Shown piece by piece: positions 1 to 10,127 of a stretch of 64,000 bases of DNA (its first letter is position 1; each line of letters starts with the position of its first letter). The position numbers and the translations under genes were made by a program. Location: the NCBI GenBank assembly GCA_042408215.1, contig JAYFMW010000020.1:576001-640000 (forward strand), in the 5' to 3' direction. Origin of the DNA: Microcoleus sp. (lineage in GTDB: Bacteria > Cyanobacteriota > Cyanobacteriia > Cyanobacteriales > Microcoleaceae). The notes beneath the pieces were generated by a model that was not told where the DNA came from, did not search any database, and saw only the letters and a list, made by a program, of their open reading frames with translations.

Positions 1-2
1 TA

Positions 3-104
3 GAAGAGAAAAAAAGGCTAGATGTTCGCCTGAGTTTTGAAGTGGTGAAGTCAGCCGAAAAACAAATGGAAGTTAAAGCGAAGCAGTTAGAACTAGATAT
101 TTAG
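3..104 (+). CDS. 3' end of an unidentified CDS running in from the left edge
   Basis: Open frame EEKKRLDVRLSFEVVKSAEKQMEVKAKQLELDI ending in TAG at 102-104; identity not recognisable. Confidence 0.35.
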   Translation, partial: EEKKRLDVRLSFEVVKSAEKQMEVKAKQLELDI

Positions 105-263
105 AAAAGAGTGAGTGTTCGGTTGTTTTAAGTCGATCTACTTAGAAGATTACCCACTTCTTCTCTACTCTTCCTTCGTGTCATAAGCGTCTTCGCGGTT
201 CAATAAGTCGGTACTGTTGCAATTTTGCGCTATCTTAGACAACAAAATCTCAAGCGTACACAA

Positions 264-593
264 GTGAAATACTTTTTCTTATCCGAAGGCTGGACGATCG
301 GGCGCGTCTGGGGAGTCGGCGGCGAGTGGACTTACGCCGCCTGGAGACGCGTGCCCGACATTACACAACTTGACCTCTGCCTCTGGGATCAAAAAGAAAC
401 AATGTGGCTCTACCGCGTAGAAGAGGCTGTACTCATGGTAGAAGTCAAACCCACAGCCCCCGTAGACCATACCGCTCCTGCCAAAAACATTGGCAACGTG
501 GTACTCACGAGGTTTATTGATGCGGAGCAAGTTATAGAGCGCCTTGGGGCGATCGCAGCCCGGTGTGAAATCGGCAACCCCCAACTAATGTAA
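264..593 (+). CDS. Conserved hypothetical cyanobacterial protein
   Basis: ORF 225..593; GTG at 264 gives MKYFFLSEGW... and is the more plausible start. Confidence 0.65.
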   Translation: MKYFFLSEGWTIGRVWGVGGEWTYAAWRRVPDITQLDLCLWDQKETMWLYRVEEAVLMVEVKPTAPVDHTAPAKNIGNVVLTRFIDAEQVIERLGAIAARCEIGNPQLM

Positions 594-790
594 GGCCGAG
601 ATATTGCAATCGGTTCTAACACTAGATACACTTCTTTAAATAACTTTCATTTTTATGCCTCGACCCTCGAAGGCAGAAAGCAGAAGACAAAAAGCAGAAT
701 TTAAACCCCGCAGGTAACTGCTGAGGACTTAAAATCTGATTTTTGGCTCAAAATAGACATCATCACTTACACGTTGGAGAAGCGCAGTCA

Positions 791-2320
791 ATGGGATTAC
801 CCTGGTATCGCGTACACACAGTCGTCTTAAATGACCCAGGTCGATTGATTTCTGTACACTTAATGCACACTGCCCTCGTGGCAGGCTGGGCCGGCTCAAT
901 GGCCCTTTACGAACTAGCAATTTTTGACCACGCAGACCCAGTTCTGAACCCGATGTGGCGTCAAGGGATGTTCGTACTACCCTTTATGACTCGCTTAGGA
1001 GTAACAGGTTCTTGGGGTGGTTGGAGCATTACGGGCGAAGGTAACGTCGATCCAGGCTACTGGTCTTTTGAAGGCGTTGCTGCTGCTCACATCGTCCTCT
1101 CTGGCTTGCTGTTCTTAGCAGCAGTCTGGCACTGGGTATTTTGGGACTTGGAACTTTTCAGAGACCCGCGCACCGGTGAACCAGCCCTGGATTTGCCAAA
1201 AATGTTTGGGATTCACTTGTTCCTCTCTGGCTTGCTGTGCTTCGGTTTCGGCGCATTTCACCTCTCTGGACTCTTCGGGCCGGGAATGTGGATTTCTGAC
1301 CCCTACGGCCTGACCGGTCACGTTCAGCCAGTGGCACCTGCTTGGGGCCCTGAAGGCTTCGATCCGTTCAATCCGGGTGGCATCGTGGCTCACCACATTG
1401 CAGCGGGTGTAGTCGGCGTGATTGCTGGTTTGTTCCACTTGACCGTGCGCCCACCGGAACGGCTTTATAAAGCCCTGCGGATGGGGAATATCGAAACTGT
1501 ACTTTCTAGCAGTATCGCTGCTGTGTTCTTCGCAGCTTTTGTGGTGGCGGGTACGATGTGGTACGGTTCTGCTGCTACTCCGATCGAACTTTTTGGCCCG
1601 ACTCGCTATCAGTGGGACGGCGGCTATTTCCAACAAGAAATCGATCGCCGAGCTCAAGCTAGTTTAGCCGGTGGCGCTAGCTTCCAACAAGCTTACGAGC
1701 AAATTCCTGAAAAATTGGCTTTCTACGACTACGTGGGCAACTCTCCAGCTAAAGGTGGTTTGTTCCGCGCCGGCGCAATGGTCAACGGCGACGGTATTGC
1801 TAAAACTTGGCTGGGCCATCCAGTATTTACAGACAGCGAAGGTCGCGTATTGTCGGTACGCCGTCTCCCGAACTTCTTTGAAACTTTCCCAGTCATTTTG
1901 ACCGACAAAGATGGCGTCGTTCGCGCTGACATTCCTTTCCGTCGTGCTGAATCAAAGTACAGCTTTGAACAAAGTGGAGTTACTGTCACTTTCTACGGTG
2001 GCGAATATAACGGTCAAACCTTTAGCAGTCCTTTGGATGTGAAGAGATTTGCCCGCTCCGCCCAAAAGGGTGAAGTGTTTGAATTCGATCGCGAAACTTT
2101 GAAGTCTGACGGGGTTTTCCGTACTTCGACTCGCGGTTGGTTCACTTTTGGACACGCTTGCTTTGCTTTGCTGTTCTTCTTCGGCCATATCTGGCACGGT
2201 TCTCGGACTATCTTCCGCGACGTGTTTGCTGGAGTTGAGGCCGACATGGAAGAACAAGTGGAGTTCGGCTTGTTCCAAAAGTTGGGCGACATGACAACCA
2301 GAAAAGAGGAATCTATCTAG
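791..2320 (+). CDS. psbB: Photosystem II CP47 chlorophyll apoprotein
   Basis: Canonical N-terminus [19 protein letters not shown] at ATG 791 with GGAG upstream; full-length CP47 motifs. Confidence 0.99.
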   Translation: MGLPWYRVHTVVLNDPGRLISVHLMHTALVAGWAGSMALYELAIFDHADPVLNPMWRQGMFVLPFMTRLGVTGSWGGWSITGEGNVDPGYWSFEGVAAAHIVLSGLLFLAAVWHWVFWDLELFRDPRTGEPALDLPKMFGIHLFLSGLLCFGFGAFHLSGLFGPGMWISDPYGLTGHVQPVAPAWGPEGFDPFNPGGIVAHHIAAGVVGVIAGLFHLTVRPPERLYKALRMGNIETVLSSSIAAVFFAAFVVAGTMWYGSAATPIELFGPTRYQWDGGYFQQEIDRRAQASLAGGASFQQAYEQIPEKLAFYDYVGNSPAKGGLFRAGAMVNGDGIAKTWLGHPVFTDSEGRVLSVRRLPNFFETFPVILTDKDGVVRADIPFRRAESKYSFEQSGVTVTFYGGEYNGQTFSSPLDVKRFARSAQKGEVFEFDRETLKSDGVFRTSTRGWFTFGHACFALLFFFGHIWHGSRTIFRDVFAGVEADMEEQVEFGLFQKLGDMTTRKEESI

Positions 2321-2363
2321 GTTTCTGTCACCATCGGGCATCGGGAATTTTTCCCGGTGCTGC

Positions 2364-2397
2364 AAAAACCCGGTTTCTTGAAGAAACCGGGTTTTTT
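2364..2397. repeat. AAAAACCCGGTTTCT...AGAAACCGGGTTTTT palindromic repeat, probable psbB terminator
   Basis: Perfect hairpin followed by a T run; same family recurs near 41235-41300, 48615-48765, 55120-55185 and 63003-63085. Confidence 0.75.
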
Positions 2398-2617
2398 GAC
2401 TTATGGCAGAAGTCCGATGGAAGTCGGAAGAAGGAAGAAGGAAGAGGTAATAATAGCAAGGGTTTCAGCACAATAAAATTCACTCATTGTGGAACAGGCC
2501 GGAAAGCCTGTTATTGAAAATGGCTCAAGATATTCAGTTTTCAGAAATATCTGTGAACTTAGAAAGCAATAATTAAGATAAAATAATACGGCAAGGGAAG
2601 ATAAGGAAACTTTAAAC

Positions 2618-2713
2618 ATGGAAAGCGTTGCTTACATTTTGATGCTGGCTTTAGCATTAGGCGTGATATTTTTTGCGATCGCCTTCCGGGAACCTCCCCG
2701 GATTGGCAAATAA
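2618..2713 (+). CDS. psbT: Photosystem II reaction centre protein T
   Basis: Translated by hand: [43 protein letters not shown] signature; lies downstream of psbB; absent from the ORF track. Confidence 0.97.
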   Translation: MESVAYILMLALALGVIFFAIAFREPPRIGK

Positions 2714-2805
2714 GCTCTCGCAATCTTTCTAGTCCAGCAATTCATCTGACCACTGGGGTCAGATGAATGGCAATTTTCTGGCAAGGCCTGTAAAAATCAG
2801 CAATC

Positions 2806-3348
2806 ATGCGCTGTTCCTCCTGTCAACACACAAATAGTCGCGTTCTCGAATCGCGCTCAGCCGAATCGGGTCAAAGTATTCGGCGGCGACGCGAGTGTCT
2901 GAATTGCCAGCATCGGTTCACAACTTACGAACGCATAGAATTTGTGCCGATTACGGTAATTAAACGGGACGGTAAGCGCGAATCTTTCGATCGGTCAAAA
3001 TTAGTCAGGGGACTGGTTAGAGCCTGCGAAAAAACGGGCTTGTCTTCCGGGCAACTTGAAACTCTCGCCGAAGAAATTGAAGCTCAACTCCAAGGTCGAT
3101 CGCTCCGGGAAGTCACCAGCTCGGACATTGGAGAATTAGTATTATTACATCTGCGGCCGCTCAGCGAAGTCGCTTATGTCCGTTTCGCCTCTGTATATCG
3201 GCAATTTCGAGGCATCCGAGATTTTGTAGATACCCTAAATCACCTTCAGAGTCCCCTCATCGAAGCTTTGTGTCCAGAAATTCCCCCCGAAAATGACCCA
3301 GATTTGTCGGAACCGGATGAGTTGACGGTTGACTGTCAGGTAACTTAG
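2806..3348 (+). CDS. nrdR: Transcriptional repressor NrdR
   Basis: CxxC...RRRRECxxC zinc ribbon plus ATP-cone (VIKRDG...[10 protein letters not shown]); conserved psbT-nrdR-rps1 order. Confidence 0.97.
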   Translation: MRCSSCQHTNSRVLESRSAESGQSIRRRRECLNCQHRFTTYERIEFVPITVIKRDGKRESFDRSKLVRGLVRACEKTGLSSGQLETLAEEIEAQLQGRSLREVTSSDIGELVLLHLRPLSEVAYVRFASVYRQFRGIRDFVDTLNHLQSPLIEALCPEIPPENDPDLSEPDELTVDCQVT

Positions 3349-3368
3349 AAGACGGCAATGCTCAAGGA

Positions 3369-3555
3369 GTGTCAACTTAAGGTAAAACCCAGTCAGAGAA
3401 TACTGTTTGACGATTAAGGCCAGATCCCCCCTAGCCCCCCTTAAGAAGGGGGGGACAAGACTCTTCTCAAAATCCCCCTTCTTAAGGGGGATTTAGGGGG
3501 TTCTAGACTTGGCATAAAACCCATATTTCTCAAGGGTTTCAGCCTTAAGTTCACA
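3369..3555. mobile_element. MITE-like element, GTGTCAACTTAAG-end family, with internal CCCCCTTAAGAAGGGGGG hairpins (copy 1)
   Basis: Homologous to copies at 29711, 48299 and 53849; right end degenerate (CTTAAGTTCACA). Confidence 0.7.
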
Positions 3556-3595
3556 GGCTTTGATCGCTGGCCTATCCTGATTCTCAGGCAACTCA

Positions 3596-3710
3596 GGACA
3601 CGGCAATGCCGTTTCCCTAACCCAACATTATCTGAGGACACGGCAATGCCGTTTCCCTACCCCAAAATAATCCATCGACCTGTAGGGACACGGCAATGCC
3701 GTTTCCCTAC
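3596..3710. repeat. Cluster of three GGACACGGCAATGCCGTTTCCCTA REP-like palindromes
   Basis: Three near-identical copies; the family also occurs near 33694, 40829-41195, 41581 and 49905. Confidence 0.8.
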
Positions 3711-3973
3711 CTGGTCTAAATTAATTTGAAACCAGTATGCCGATCAGGTATAATATTCTATTGGACTCTGAATGTTAAAATTAAACGTTTTCACCCAGAG
3801 TTGGAATTAAGAGCAATGGCAAGCGCCGGTGTACGGTTGCACCGGGCAAAAGTTGGCAAAAACTGACTTTCGTAAAAGATTTTGCAAGAAGTTAACCCCT
3901 TTTTTCCCAAAATCTCTAGTATCTGCCTGCAAACGAAAAACATGAAGGAGAGAAATCCTAGGAAACTATTCGC

Positions 3974-5185
3974 ATGGTCAATCTCAAAACCACAGTCAAA
4001 GACATCGGCTTTACTCACGAAGATTTTGCGGCCCTACTAGATAAATATGACTATCACTTTAGCCCCGGCGATGTAGTAGCGGGTACAGTTTTTAGTATAG
4101 AACCGAGGGGCGCTCTGATTGATATCGGTGCTAAAACAGCAGCGTACATTCCCATTCAGGAAATGTCGATCAATCGAGTGGAAAGCCCTGAAGAGGTATT
4201 GCAATCAAACGAAACCAGGGAATTTTTCATCCTCACCGATGAAAATGAAGACGGGCAATTAACCCTGTCAATCCGGCGCATCGAGTATATGCGAGCCTGG
4301 GAAAGAGTGCGACAACTGCAAGCAGAAGATGCCACAGTGCGATCGCAAGTATTTGCTACCAACCGTGGCGGCGCACTGGTGAGAATAGAAGGTTTACGAG
4401 GCTTTATTCCCGGTTCTCACATCAGCACCCGCAAACCGAAGGAAGAATTAGTCGCCGAAGAATTACCCTTGAAATTCTTAGAGGTAGACGAAGACCGCAA
4501 CCGCCTAGTATTAAGTCATCGTCGCGCCTTAGTTGAGCGCAAGATGAACCGCCTCGAAGTCGGGGAAGTGGTCATCGGTACAGTACGCGGTATCAAGCCC
4601 TACGGTGCTTTTATCGACATCGGCGGCGTGAGCGGCTTGCTGCACATCTCGGAAATTTCGCACGATCACATCGATACGCCTCATAGCGTATTCAATGTCA
4701 ACGACGAAGTGAAAGTGATGATTATTGACTTGGATGCCGAGAGAGGTCGGATTTCTCTTTCCACCAAGCAGTTGGAACCGGAGCCTGGAGCGATGGTCAA
4801 AAATCGCGAATTGGTGTACGAAAAAGCTGAGGAAATGGCTGCTAAGTTCCGCGAAAAAATGCTAGCTCAAAAGCAAGCTAAAGCTGGGATTGAAATTCCT
4901 GTAGAATCGATCGATGCTGAGGAAATCTCCGATGAAATACTCGAAGACGTACCATCAGCAATGGAAGAAGATTTGCCGGAAGAAACAACCGCAGCAGTAA
5001 CAGAATCAACACCCGAAGCAGTAACGGAATCAACACCCGAAGCAGTAACGGAAGCAACACCGGAAGCAACACCGGAAGCAACACCGGAAGCAACACCGGA
5101 AGCAACACCGGAAGCAACACCGGAAGCAACACCGGAAGCAACATTAGAGGTAGTGGAAGAAATACCTCCGGCGACAGTCGAATAA
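3974..5185 (+). CDS. rps1: 30S ribosomal protein S1 (cyanobacterial Rps1a) with acidic repetitive C-terminal tail
   Basis: FTHEDFAALLDKYDYHF N-terminus and three S1 domains; tail of ATPE/STPEAVTE repeats. Confidence 0.96.
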   Translation: MVNLKTTVKDIGFTHEDFAALLDKYDYHFSPGDVVAGTVFSIEPRGALIDIGAKTAAYIPIQEMSINRVESPEEVLQSNETREFFILTDENEDGQLTLSIRRIEYMRAWERVRQLQAEDATVRSQVFATNRGGALVRIEGLRGFIPGSHISTRKPKEELVAEELPLKFLEVDEDRNRLVLSHRRALVERKMNRLEVGEVVIGTVRGIKPYGAFIDIGGVSGLLHISEISHDHIDTPHSVFNVNDEVKVMIIDLDAERGRISLSTKQLEPEPGAMVKNRELVYEKAEEMAAKFREKMLAQKQAKAGIEIPVESIDAEEISDEILEDVPSAMEEDLPEETTAAVTESTPEAVTESTPEAVTEATPEATPEATPEATPEATPEATPEATPEATLEVVEEIPPATVE

Positions 5186-5207
5186 CATCGGAGTCACTGT
5201 TATTATG

Positions 5208-5231
5208 AAGAGGGTATTCCCCTCTTTTTTT
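5208..5231 (+). terminator. Probable intrinsic terminator of rps1
   Basis: AAGAGGG-TATTC-CCCTCTT followed by a T run. Confidence 0.7.
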
Positions 5232-5364
5232 AATTTATTTTTATATCTAGAAATAATAATCGTGAGCGGATCGATATTCTGTCATTCTGAGCGTAGCTCA
5301 GAATGACAGAATATCGATAGATATCCTTCCCCTTGACAAATACGGGATTTTCCCGGAGATTTCC

Positions 5365-8300
5365 ATGAACGCTAATCAGCCGTCTGAGGCAAATATACCC
5401 GAATCGATCGCACTATCCCCCATCGACCTGGAACAGCCAAACACAGTAGAAGCTCCCTTTCCCATCGTGGGGATTGTCGCCTCTGCGGGAGGGTTAGAAG
5501 CATTCACGGAGTTACTCCAGCACTTACCCGCCGATACGGGCATGGCCTTTGTGCTGATTCAGCACTTAGACCCCAATTACAAAAGTCTGTTGAAAGAAAT
5601 TCTTGCCACAAAGACCCAAATGTCTGTCAGTCAGGTGGAAGACGGGACGACTGTAGAGCCGAATCAAGTATATATCATTCCGCCCAACGCCAAGATGACA
5701 CTCCTGTCCGGGGTGCTGAAACTCACACCCCGCGAGAAAATTTATGGCAAATATATGCCGGGAGATGCGTTTCTCGTGTCCTTGGCTGCCGATCGCGGAC
5801 ACAAGGCGATCGCCGTAGTATTATCCGGGGGAGACGGAGACGGTTCCCTGGGGATCAAAGCAATCAAAGCAGCCGGAGGAGTGACATTTGCTCAATGCGA
5901 AGCCTCGGCAAAATTCGATAGTATGCCGAATACCGCAGTGGCCACAGGTGATGTAGACTTCGTTCTGCTCCCTCAAAAAATTGCTGAGGAATTGGCAAAT
6001 CTCAGTGACAATCCCTGGCTGGCTAGCCCGCTCCCGACCATCGCCGTTGCAGAATTACCCCCTGAGAGCGATGTCCGGGCGACTATTTTGGGAATGCTGC
6101 GATCGACCACAGGCGTTGACTTCAGCCACTACAAAGCTGCCACGATCGATCGACGCATCCAGCGACGGATGTTGCTGCATAAGCTAGAGCGATTGGCAGA
6201 TTACGCCCAATATTTGCGAGACTATCCGCCTGAAGTCCAGGCCCTGTATCAAGAAATCCTGATCCACGTCACCAGTTTTTTCCGCGATCCAGAAGCCTTT
6301 AAACAGTTAAAAGAGCTGGTTTTTCCCGCGATTACCCAAAATAAATCGGCAAATAGTCCCATCAGGATTTGGGTGGCGGGATGTTCCACAGGAGAAGAAG
6401 TTTATTCGATCGCCATCTGTTTGTTAGAGTTTTTGGGCGATCGAGTCCCCCTACCACCGATCCAGATTTTTGCCACAGATATTAGCGAACCGGCGATCGC
6501 CAAAGCGAGGTCTGGCTTCTACTTAGAAAACCAGATGATCGACGTTTCAGCTCTGCGACGCGATCGCTTCTTTATGCTCGAAGGAGGAGGCTATAGAATC
6601 AACAAAAGTGTGCGCGAACTCTGTATATTTGCCAGACAAAACTTAGGCAGCGACCCGCCTTTTTCCAATCTCGATCTAATTAGCTGTCGCAATGTGCTGA
6701 TTTACTTGGCAGAGCCGTTGCAAAAACGAGTGATTCCCATTTTTCATTACAGTCTTAACCAGACTGGCTTTCTCCTATTAGGCACTTCTGAGAGTATCGG
6801 AAAATTCTCATACTTATTTACGCCGCTGCACACAAAGTGCAAAATATATGCTAAGAAATTGACTGAGAATAGTCCCATATTTTCGTTTACGACGAGTTCT
6901 TACCCCGTCGCTAAAGTAGATGAATCGCAGCAGCAAATGAATGAAAATGATACAGATAAGTTTGACTTACAGCGATATACAGACCAACTGATTTTGAATC
7001 GCTATGCCCCAGCAGGTGTGGTTGTCAACGAACAGATGAACATTCTGCAAGTGCGGGGAGACACCAATGGTTACTTGAGACTGACACCAGGGATTCCCAG
7101 CTTAAACTTGCTGACAATGGCAAGGGAAGGCTTGCTGATCGAGCTTCGCACTGCGATTTATCAGGCACAAATGCAGAACATAACTGTGAGAAAAGAAGGG
7201 GTAACGGTGGTCGCGGGCGGGCGAGCGAGTCTCGTGAATCTTGAGGTGATTCCCTTCCAGCCTGGGACAGTCGCAGAACGCTACTTTTTGGTTGTATTTG
7301 AAGAGGCTTTACCCACTGCGATTAACCTCAGTACCGTCAATTCTGAAAGCTCGGAGCCTCGTGATTTAGAGCGTGAGATTGTGCTGCTGAGGGAGGCAAT
7401 AGCCACCGCTAACGAAGAAAAACTTTCGGCTCAATCGCATCTGCAAGCGGTGATCCAGGAGCAGGAAAATCTCAACCAAGACATCAAAGTTGCCAACGAA
7501 GAAATCCTCTCGAGCAACGAGGAGTTGCAAAGCACCAATGAGGAACTAGAAACGGCAAAAGAAGAGATTCAAGCCACCAACGAGGAACTGATCACCACTA
7601 ACGAGGAACTTCGCAGTCGAAATCTCGATCAACACCAAATCAATAACGACCTGATCAATTTGCTGGGCAGTATCAATATCCCGATTTTAATGCTGGAAAA
7701 CGATTTAAAAATTCGACGCTTTACGCCCTTGGCGCAGCAACTTTTTAATCTGATTCCTACAGATATTGGACGACCTTTTAGCGATCTTCGCTCGACTCTT
7801 GATGTTCCAGATTTGGAAGCGATGATTTTGGAGGTGATTGATACTCTCCAGACGAAAGAACAAGAAGTCCAAACTCTAGCGGGCTATTGGTACATCCTCC
7901 GCATTCGTCCTTATCGCACGACGGAAAACCTGATTGACGGTGTGGTAATGGTTTGGATCGATATTGATGCTCTGAAACGCAGTTACAAAACCTTGGAGTT
8001 AGCCCGAAATTATGCTGAAACGATCGTCGAAACTGTTCAAATACCTTTAGTTGTGCTGAATGCTGATTTACAAGTGAACACAGCCAATCGATGTTTCTAT
8101 GAAACCTTTCAGGTTTTATCCCCAGAAACATCAAATATTTCGCTGTTTGAATTGGGAAATGGGCAATGGAATATCCCGCAACTGCGATCGATCTTGGCAG
8201 ATATTCTGGTGAGTGATGTTCAGCTTCACAACTTTGAGTTAGAACACGTATTTGAGCAGATTGGGCAGAAAACTATGGTGCTGAATGCTTGTAAACTGCA

Positions 8301-9561
8301 ACGAGAAGACCAAGCTTTAATGATTTTGTTGTCGGTCGAGGATATCACCGAACGCAAGCAGTTTGAGAAGGAACGATCGCAGCTATTGATGCAGGAGCAG
8401 TCAGCCCGTCAACAAGCAGAAAACAGCAACCGTGCTAAAGATGAATTTCTGGCGAATCTCTCCCATGAACTTCGTAACCCCCTGACTCCGATTCTGGGAT
8501 GGGCAAAATTGCTGCGAACCGGGAAGCTGAAGGAATCCTCCGTTACTCGCGCCATAGAGGTGATTGAGCGGAGTGCGATCGCCCAAACTCAGTTAATTGA
8601 AGATATTCTGGATATTTCCCGGATTACCAGTGGTAAGCTTAATCTCGATACCAGTCCGATCGATCTGCTTGTAGTGGCGCAAAGTGCGATCGACGGGGTT
8701 CAATTATCAGCGGATGCCAAAAACATCCAAATGGTTGCCCAGTTGAGTTCTGCGACTGTTTTAGGCGATGCTGACAGGTTGCAACAAGTCCTGTGGAATC
8801 TGCTATCTAACGCGATTAAGTTTACTCCATCGGGTGGACGAGTGGAAATTGTCTTAGAGGCGATCGACAGTCACGCTCAAATTCGAGTCAGCGACACGGG
8901 AAAAGGCATTCGTACAGAATTTTTGCCGTATATTTTCGATCGTTTCCATCAAGGTGATTCTGGCACTACCAAGGTTAATCAAGGGCTAGGATTGGGTTTG
9001 TCGATCGTGCGTCATCTAGTCGAACTTCATGGTGGTACAGTGGGAGCCGAAAGTCCGGGTGAGGGAAAAGGAACTACGATGACTGTGAGGTTTCCTCTAG
9101 TTTCAATACCCCAGGAATTTACACCGCCAACTGTATTTACACTACCGCTAAACAGCTCGACAGATAGCGCCCCCAGCCTTGAAGGCTTGCAGATCTTAGC
9201 TGTAGATGATGATCCCGATACTCGTGAGTTATTGCAATTTTTCCTGGAAGAATACGGGGCTCAGGTGCTGACGGTTGGCTCTGCAAAAGAGGCGATCGCC
9301 GCTTTGACTGAAAACCTTGACAAATATGACGTACTGATCTGCGATATTGGAATGCCAGAGGAAGATGGGTATTCCTTGATTCAAAAAGTGCGCTCTCTGG
9401 ATGCCGAATCTGGAAAAATTCCAGCCGTTGCGCTTACTGCTTATGCTAGTGTTCAAGAACGGCAAAAGGCGATCGATGCTGGTTTCCAAAAGCATATTGC
9501 TAAACCTGTTAAGCCAATTCAACTAGCATTAATCATTGCGGAGTTAGCTGGAAGATCTTAA
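5365..9561 (+). CDS. CheB/CheR fusion hybrid sensor kinase (CheB-CheR-coiled coil-PAS-PAS-HisKA-HATPase-REC)
   Basis: CheB motifs ASAGG/IQHL/GDGDG; CheR motifs VTSFFRD, AGCSTGEE, DLISCRNVLIY; H-box LSHELRNPL; receiver motifs VDDD, DIGMP, KPV. Confidence 0.93.
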   Translation: MNANQPSEANIPESIALSPIDLEQPNTVEAPFPIVGIVASAGGLEAFTELLQHLPADTGMAFVLIQHLDPNYKSLLKEILATKTQMSVSQVEDGTTVEPNQVYIIPPNAKMTLLSGVLKLTPREKIYGKYMPGDAFLVSLAADRGHKAIAVVLSGGDGDGSLGIKAIKAAGGVTFAQCEASAKFDSMPNTAVATGDVDFVLLPQKIAEELANLSDNPWLASPLPTIAVAELPPESDVRATILGMLRSTTGVDFSHYKAATIDRRIQRRMLLHKLERLADYAQYLRDYPPEVQALYQEILIHVTSFFRDPEAFKQLKELVFPAITQNKSANSPIRIWVAGCSTGEEVYSIAICLLEFLGDRVPLPPIQIFATDISEPAIAKARSGFYLENQMIDVSALRRDRFFMLEGGGYRINKSVRELCIFARQNLGSDPPFSNLDLISCRNVLIYLAEPLQKRVIPIFHYSLNQTGFLLLGTSESIGKFSYLFTPLHTKCKIYAKKLTENSPIFSFTTSSYPVAKVDESQQQMNENDTDKFDLQRYTDQLILNRYAPAGVVVNEQMNILQVRGDTNGYLRLTPGIPSLNLLTMAREGLLIELRTAIYQAQMQNITVRKEGVTVVAGGRASLVNLEVIPFQPGTVAERYFLVVFEEALPTAINLSTVNSESSEPRDLEREIVLLREAIATANEEKLSAQSHLQAVIQEQENLNQDIKVANEEILSSNEELQSTNEELETAKEEIQATNEELITTNEELRSRNLDQHQINNDLINLLGSINIPILMLENDLKIRRFTPLAQQLFNLIPTDIGRPFSDLRSTLDVPDLEAMILEVIDTLQTKEQEVQTLAGYWYILRIRPYRTTENLIDGVVMVWIDIDALKRSYKTLELARNYAETIVETVQIPLVVLNADLQVNTANRCFYETFQVLSPETSNISLFELGNGQWNIPQLRSILADILVSDVQLHNFELEHVFEQIGQKTMVLNACKLQREDQALMILLSVEDITERKQFEKERSQLLMQEQSARQQAENSNRAKDEFLANLSHELRNPLTPILGWAKLLRTGKLKESSVTRAIEVIERSAIAQTQLIEDILDISRITSGKLNLDTSPIDLLVVAQSAIDGVQLSADAKNIQMVAQLSSATVLGDADRLQQVLWNLLSNAIKFTPSGGRVEIVLEAIDSHAQIRVSDTGKGIRTEFLPYIFDRFHQGDSGTTKVNQGLGLGLSIVRHLVELHGGTVGAESPGEGKGTTMTVRFPLVSIPQEFTPPTVFTLPLNSSTDSAPSLEGLQILAVDDDPDTRELLQFFLEEYGAQVLTVGSAKEAIAALTENLDKYDVLICDIGMPEEDGYSLIQKVRSLDAESGKIPAVALTAYASVQERQKAIDAGFQKHIAKPVKPIQLALIIAELAGRS

Positions 9562-9580
9562 ATATTTGGGAGATAAGACT

Positions 9581-9710
9581 CGGCGGTTGAAACCGCGTCT
9601 ATACAAACAAAACCCGCCTCCGCGGGTTGAAGAATGCCGGTTAAAATTACCTGGTTTTCTTCAGTCCGCGGAGGCGGACATCGTTTGTGTAGACGCGGTT
9701 TCAACCGCCG
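9581..9710. repeat. REP/MITE-like inverted repeat CGGCGGTTGAAACCGCG...CGCGGTTTCAACCGCCG
   Basis: Long inverted arms with internal hairpins; same family as the array at 61088-61619. Confidence 0.8.
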
Positions 9711-9809
9711 TCTAATCTCAGACATCGTTGATATAGACGCGGTTGCAACAGCCGTCCGATCTAAAAACAATTGCCAAAAACATCGCAATATGAGAAAATA
9801 TCAGAAAAT

Positions 9810-10103
9810 TTGACACTCCCCGGTCTGAAGACGCGGGGATTCTTAAGGACAAACTTTGGGGGATGAATCCACCCAAACTTCGGTTCTTAAAGGGTAAGTC
9901 AGATACCCGCTACCCACTCGCTCATGGCTGAGTCTATGGCTACTTTGGTGCCTAACGGCTTGCAACTGTCGGGTTTTTCACCAACTAGGTTTCAGCAACT
10001 TTATCAAACCAAAATCGGTTTGTCAAGATGGGGCAGGCAGGATAAATCCTGCAACGCCCTTTCATCCCTGGACTAAAGTCGCAGGGTTTTCAGGGTATTT
10101 CTT
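9810..10103 (-). mobile_element. Non-autonomous IS200/IS605 mini-element (294 bp, no ORF)
   Basis: Minus strand reads TTAT|AAGAAATACCCTG-AAAA-left hairpin ... GAAT-CCCCGCGTCTTCAGACCGGGG-AGTG-TCAA; internal TTGACA-17-TAAAGT promoter. Confidence 0.85.
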
Positions 10104-10127
10104 ATAAAAATTAGGGAGTTCAGATTC

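Noticed and set aside
1115..2365. Antisense and alternate-frame ORFs overlapping psbB (and similar ones over argJ, RND, kinases, tnpB, CHAT)
   Set aside because: These are shadow ORFs of strongly supported genes, with no motifs of their own.
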